A DNA stretch of 60,784 nucleotides, the filler included, from Globobulimina sp. (lineage: Eukaryota): the NCBI GenBank assembly GCA_003354225.1. It is 16 parts of 16 records of this genome, joined end to end, with 100 filler letters (N's around TTAATTAATTAA, not from the genome) between each part and the next. Parts side by side here need not be neighbours in the genome. Positions count along the whole stretch, not along the records: positions 57,084 to 60,784 come from PIVH01002238.1; 15 more parts are not named here. The stretch is one strand, 5' to 3'. Position numbers and translations under genes: made by a program. The notes under the pieces were generated by a model. That model searched no databases. It was given only the letters and a program-made list of their open reading frames with translations, and had not been told where the DNA came from. Positions 59,484 through 60,784 of this stretch are shown piece by piece. The stretch's first letter is position 1, and each line of letters starts with the position of its first letter.

Positions 59484-60751
59484 ATGTTAGCAACATGTTT
59501 TGTGTTTGCAATTATTTTATTTAATAATGTTGGTGTTGATGGATCTCAAGAAGTGGCGGAGCCAAAATGTCATTCGTATGGACAAACTGTTTGCGACCAT
59601 ACACACGAATTTTGTAAATGGAGCAACGTCCATAAAACGTGTGTTAAGAATCACGATGGAACATTCTTTGTGGCTGCATATGAGACAGTTTCTCTTCCCG
59701 TGCTGTTTTGGTGTCTAACACTTGGACTTTCAATGTATTTCTTATTTGAATATTTTGCGTCTCGATTTATCATTAAAAAAACGGGTTTATTCGATCATTT
59801 GGACGCAGCACGGAAAGAGAAATGCAAAATTTACATACTGCATACTATAGTCACTATAACCGCCAATCCTGATTTAAGGTATTGGGGTAAATGTAAATTT
59901 GATAATAAAAATATGATAGTATCAAAATCTAAAAAACCATCAAAAAGAAACCTGTGCACTAAACGTGAATATTTAAAGGTTTTAGGGGTTGTGCCAGGTG
60001 TCAATGATAATTTATATCATTGGGAGAGATCATCAGATTATAACCGACATTCTGATGCAATGAAAATACTATCATCAAAATTTAAGCACACAAAATTTAT
60101 TCTAACCGTTCGTGAGAGTTTCAGTCAAATCATGTCCAGAATTAAGAATTTTTGGTGTGCACCAGATCGTGAATATAGCCGATACGGATACACAATGAAA
60201 TGTGTCACAAATGTTTTTAACAAACAGATCGTGAATATTGCACACAATCCGACATTAATGTATTATTGCAACAAAAGCAAACTCATAATATTCGGCAAAC
60301 ACTTATTAATTTATTTAATAATCATAAAATATTATCTCATGAAACAATGGATTTATGTCCATACATTAATATTATTGTGTTTTTGGATGATTTAGAGGAA
60401 TATAATCCGGATGTAAATAATTCTATGTTTAAAAATATACAATTTGAAGATATGACAAGTAATATAACGCAAATGGCAATAAATGTTTATTGTTTTGTTA
60501 AATATAACAGTTTATATTTCAATACATGCGTCAATTCTAACTTTAATTTCTCCAAAATAATGTATAATTGGAATCAATGGTCACATAATGATAAGAAAGG
60601 TAAACAAAGGGATTATGACTGGAAATTAGGAAATATGGAAGTATTTCGGAAAATGGATGAATTTCATAGTTTATGTGACAAGGCATTAAAAGAATTGATT
60701 GATGAATATGATAATTCAATTGTTTTGGGTAATTTTAATTTTTCAAAATGA
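59484..60751 (+). CDS. Membrane/sulfotransferase-like hypothetical protein, frameshifted or chimeric
   Basis: Signal peptide and TM, later KFILTVRESFSQIMSR. Coding continues in a second frame (60266-60751). Confidence 0.4.
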
Positions 60752-60784
60752 AATTATATTAGAAGTTTAATCAAACACAGTACA

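Overview
This window is not one locus. It is 16 unrelated contigs of 3,711 down to 3,701 bp, sorted by length and joined by 15 artificial 100-bp spacers (44 N + TTAATTAATTAA + 44 N). The DNA is eukaryotic: AT-rich, gene-dense, standard code, with short GT-AG introns and head-to-head genes 56-77 bp apart. The gene style suggests a protist, possibly a foraminiferan/rhizarian (inference only). Recognisable genes include RBM25, RPC9, LipB, dynactin p150, a VWA protein, ATG12, a RING-H2 E3, Kv-beta, SLC35F, a GSK3-like kinase, a kelch protein, an EEP hydrolase, a Cav/Nav channel fragment and NADAR. Mobile DNA includes a LINE-type fragment on a circular contig, a DIRS/Ngaro-like element and two MITEs. 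Reconstructing splicing by hand gave the best candidates for novelty: (1) a Tudor-like + SUMO-like + histone H2A fusion protein; (2) an ATG12 ending AWA with no conjugating glycine; (3) an apparently intron-containing DIRS/Ngaro-like retroelement; (4) a cytochrome b5-MOSC/mARC fusion; (5) a myristoylated triple globin-like protein. All domain calls are by eye and need HMM/structure confirmation.
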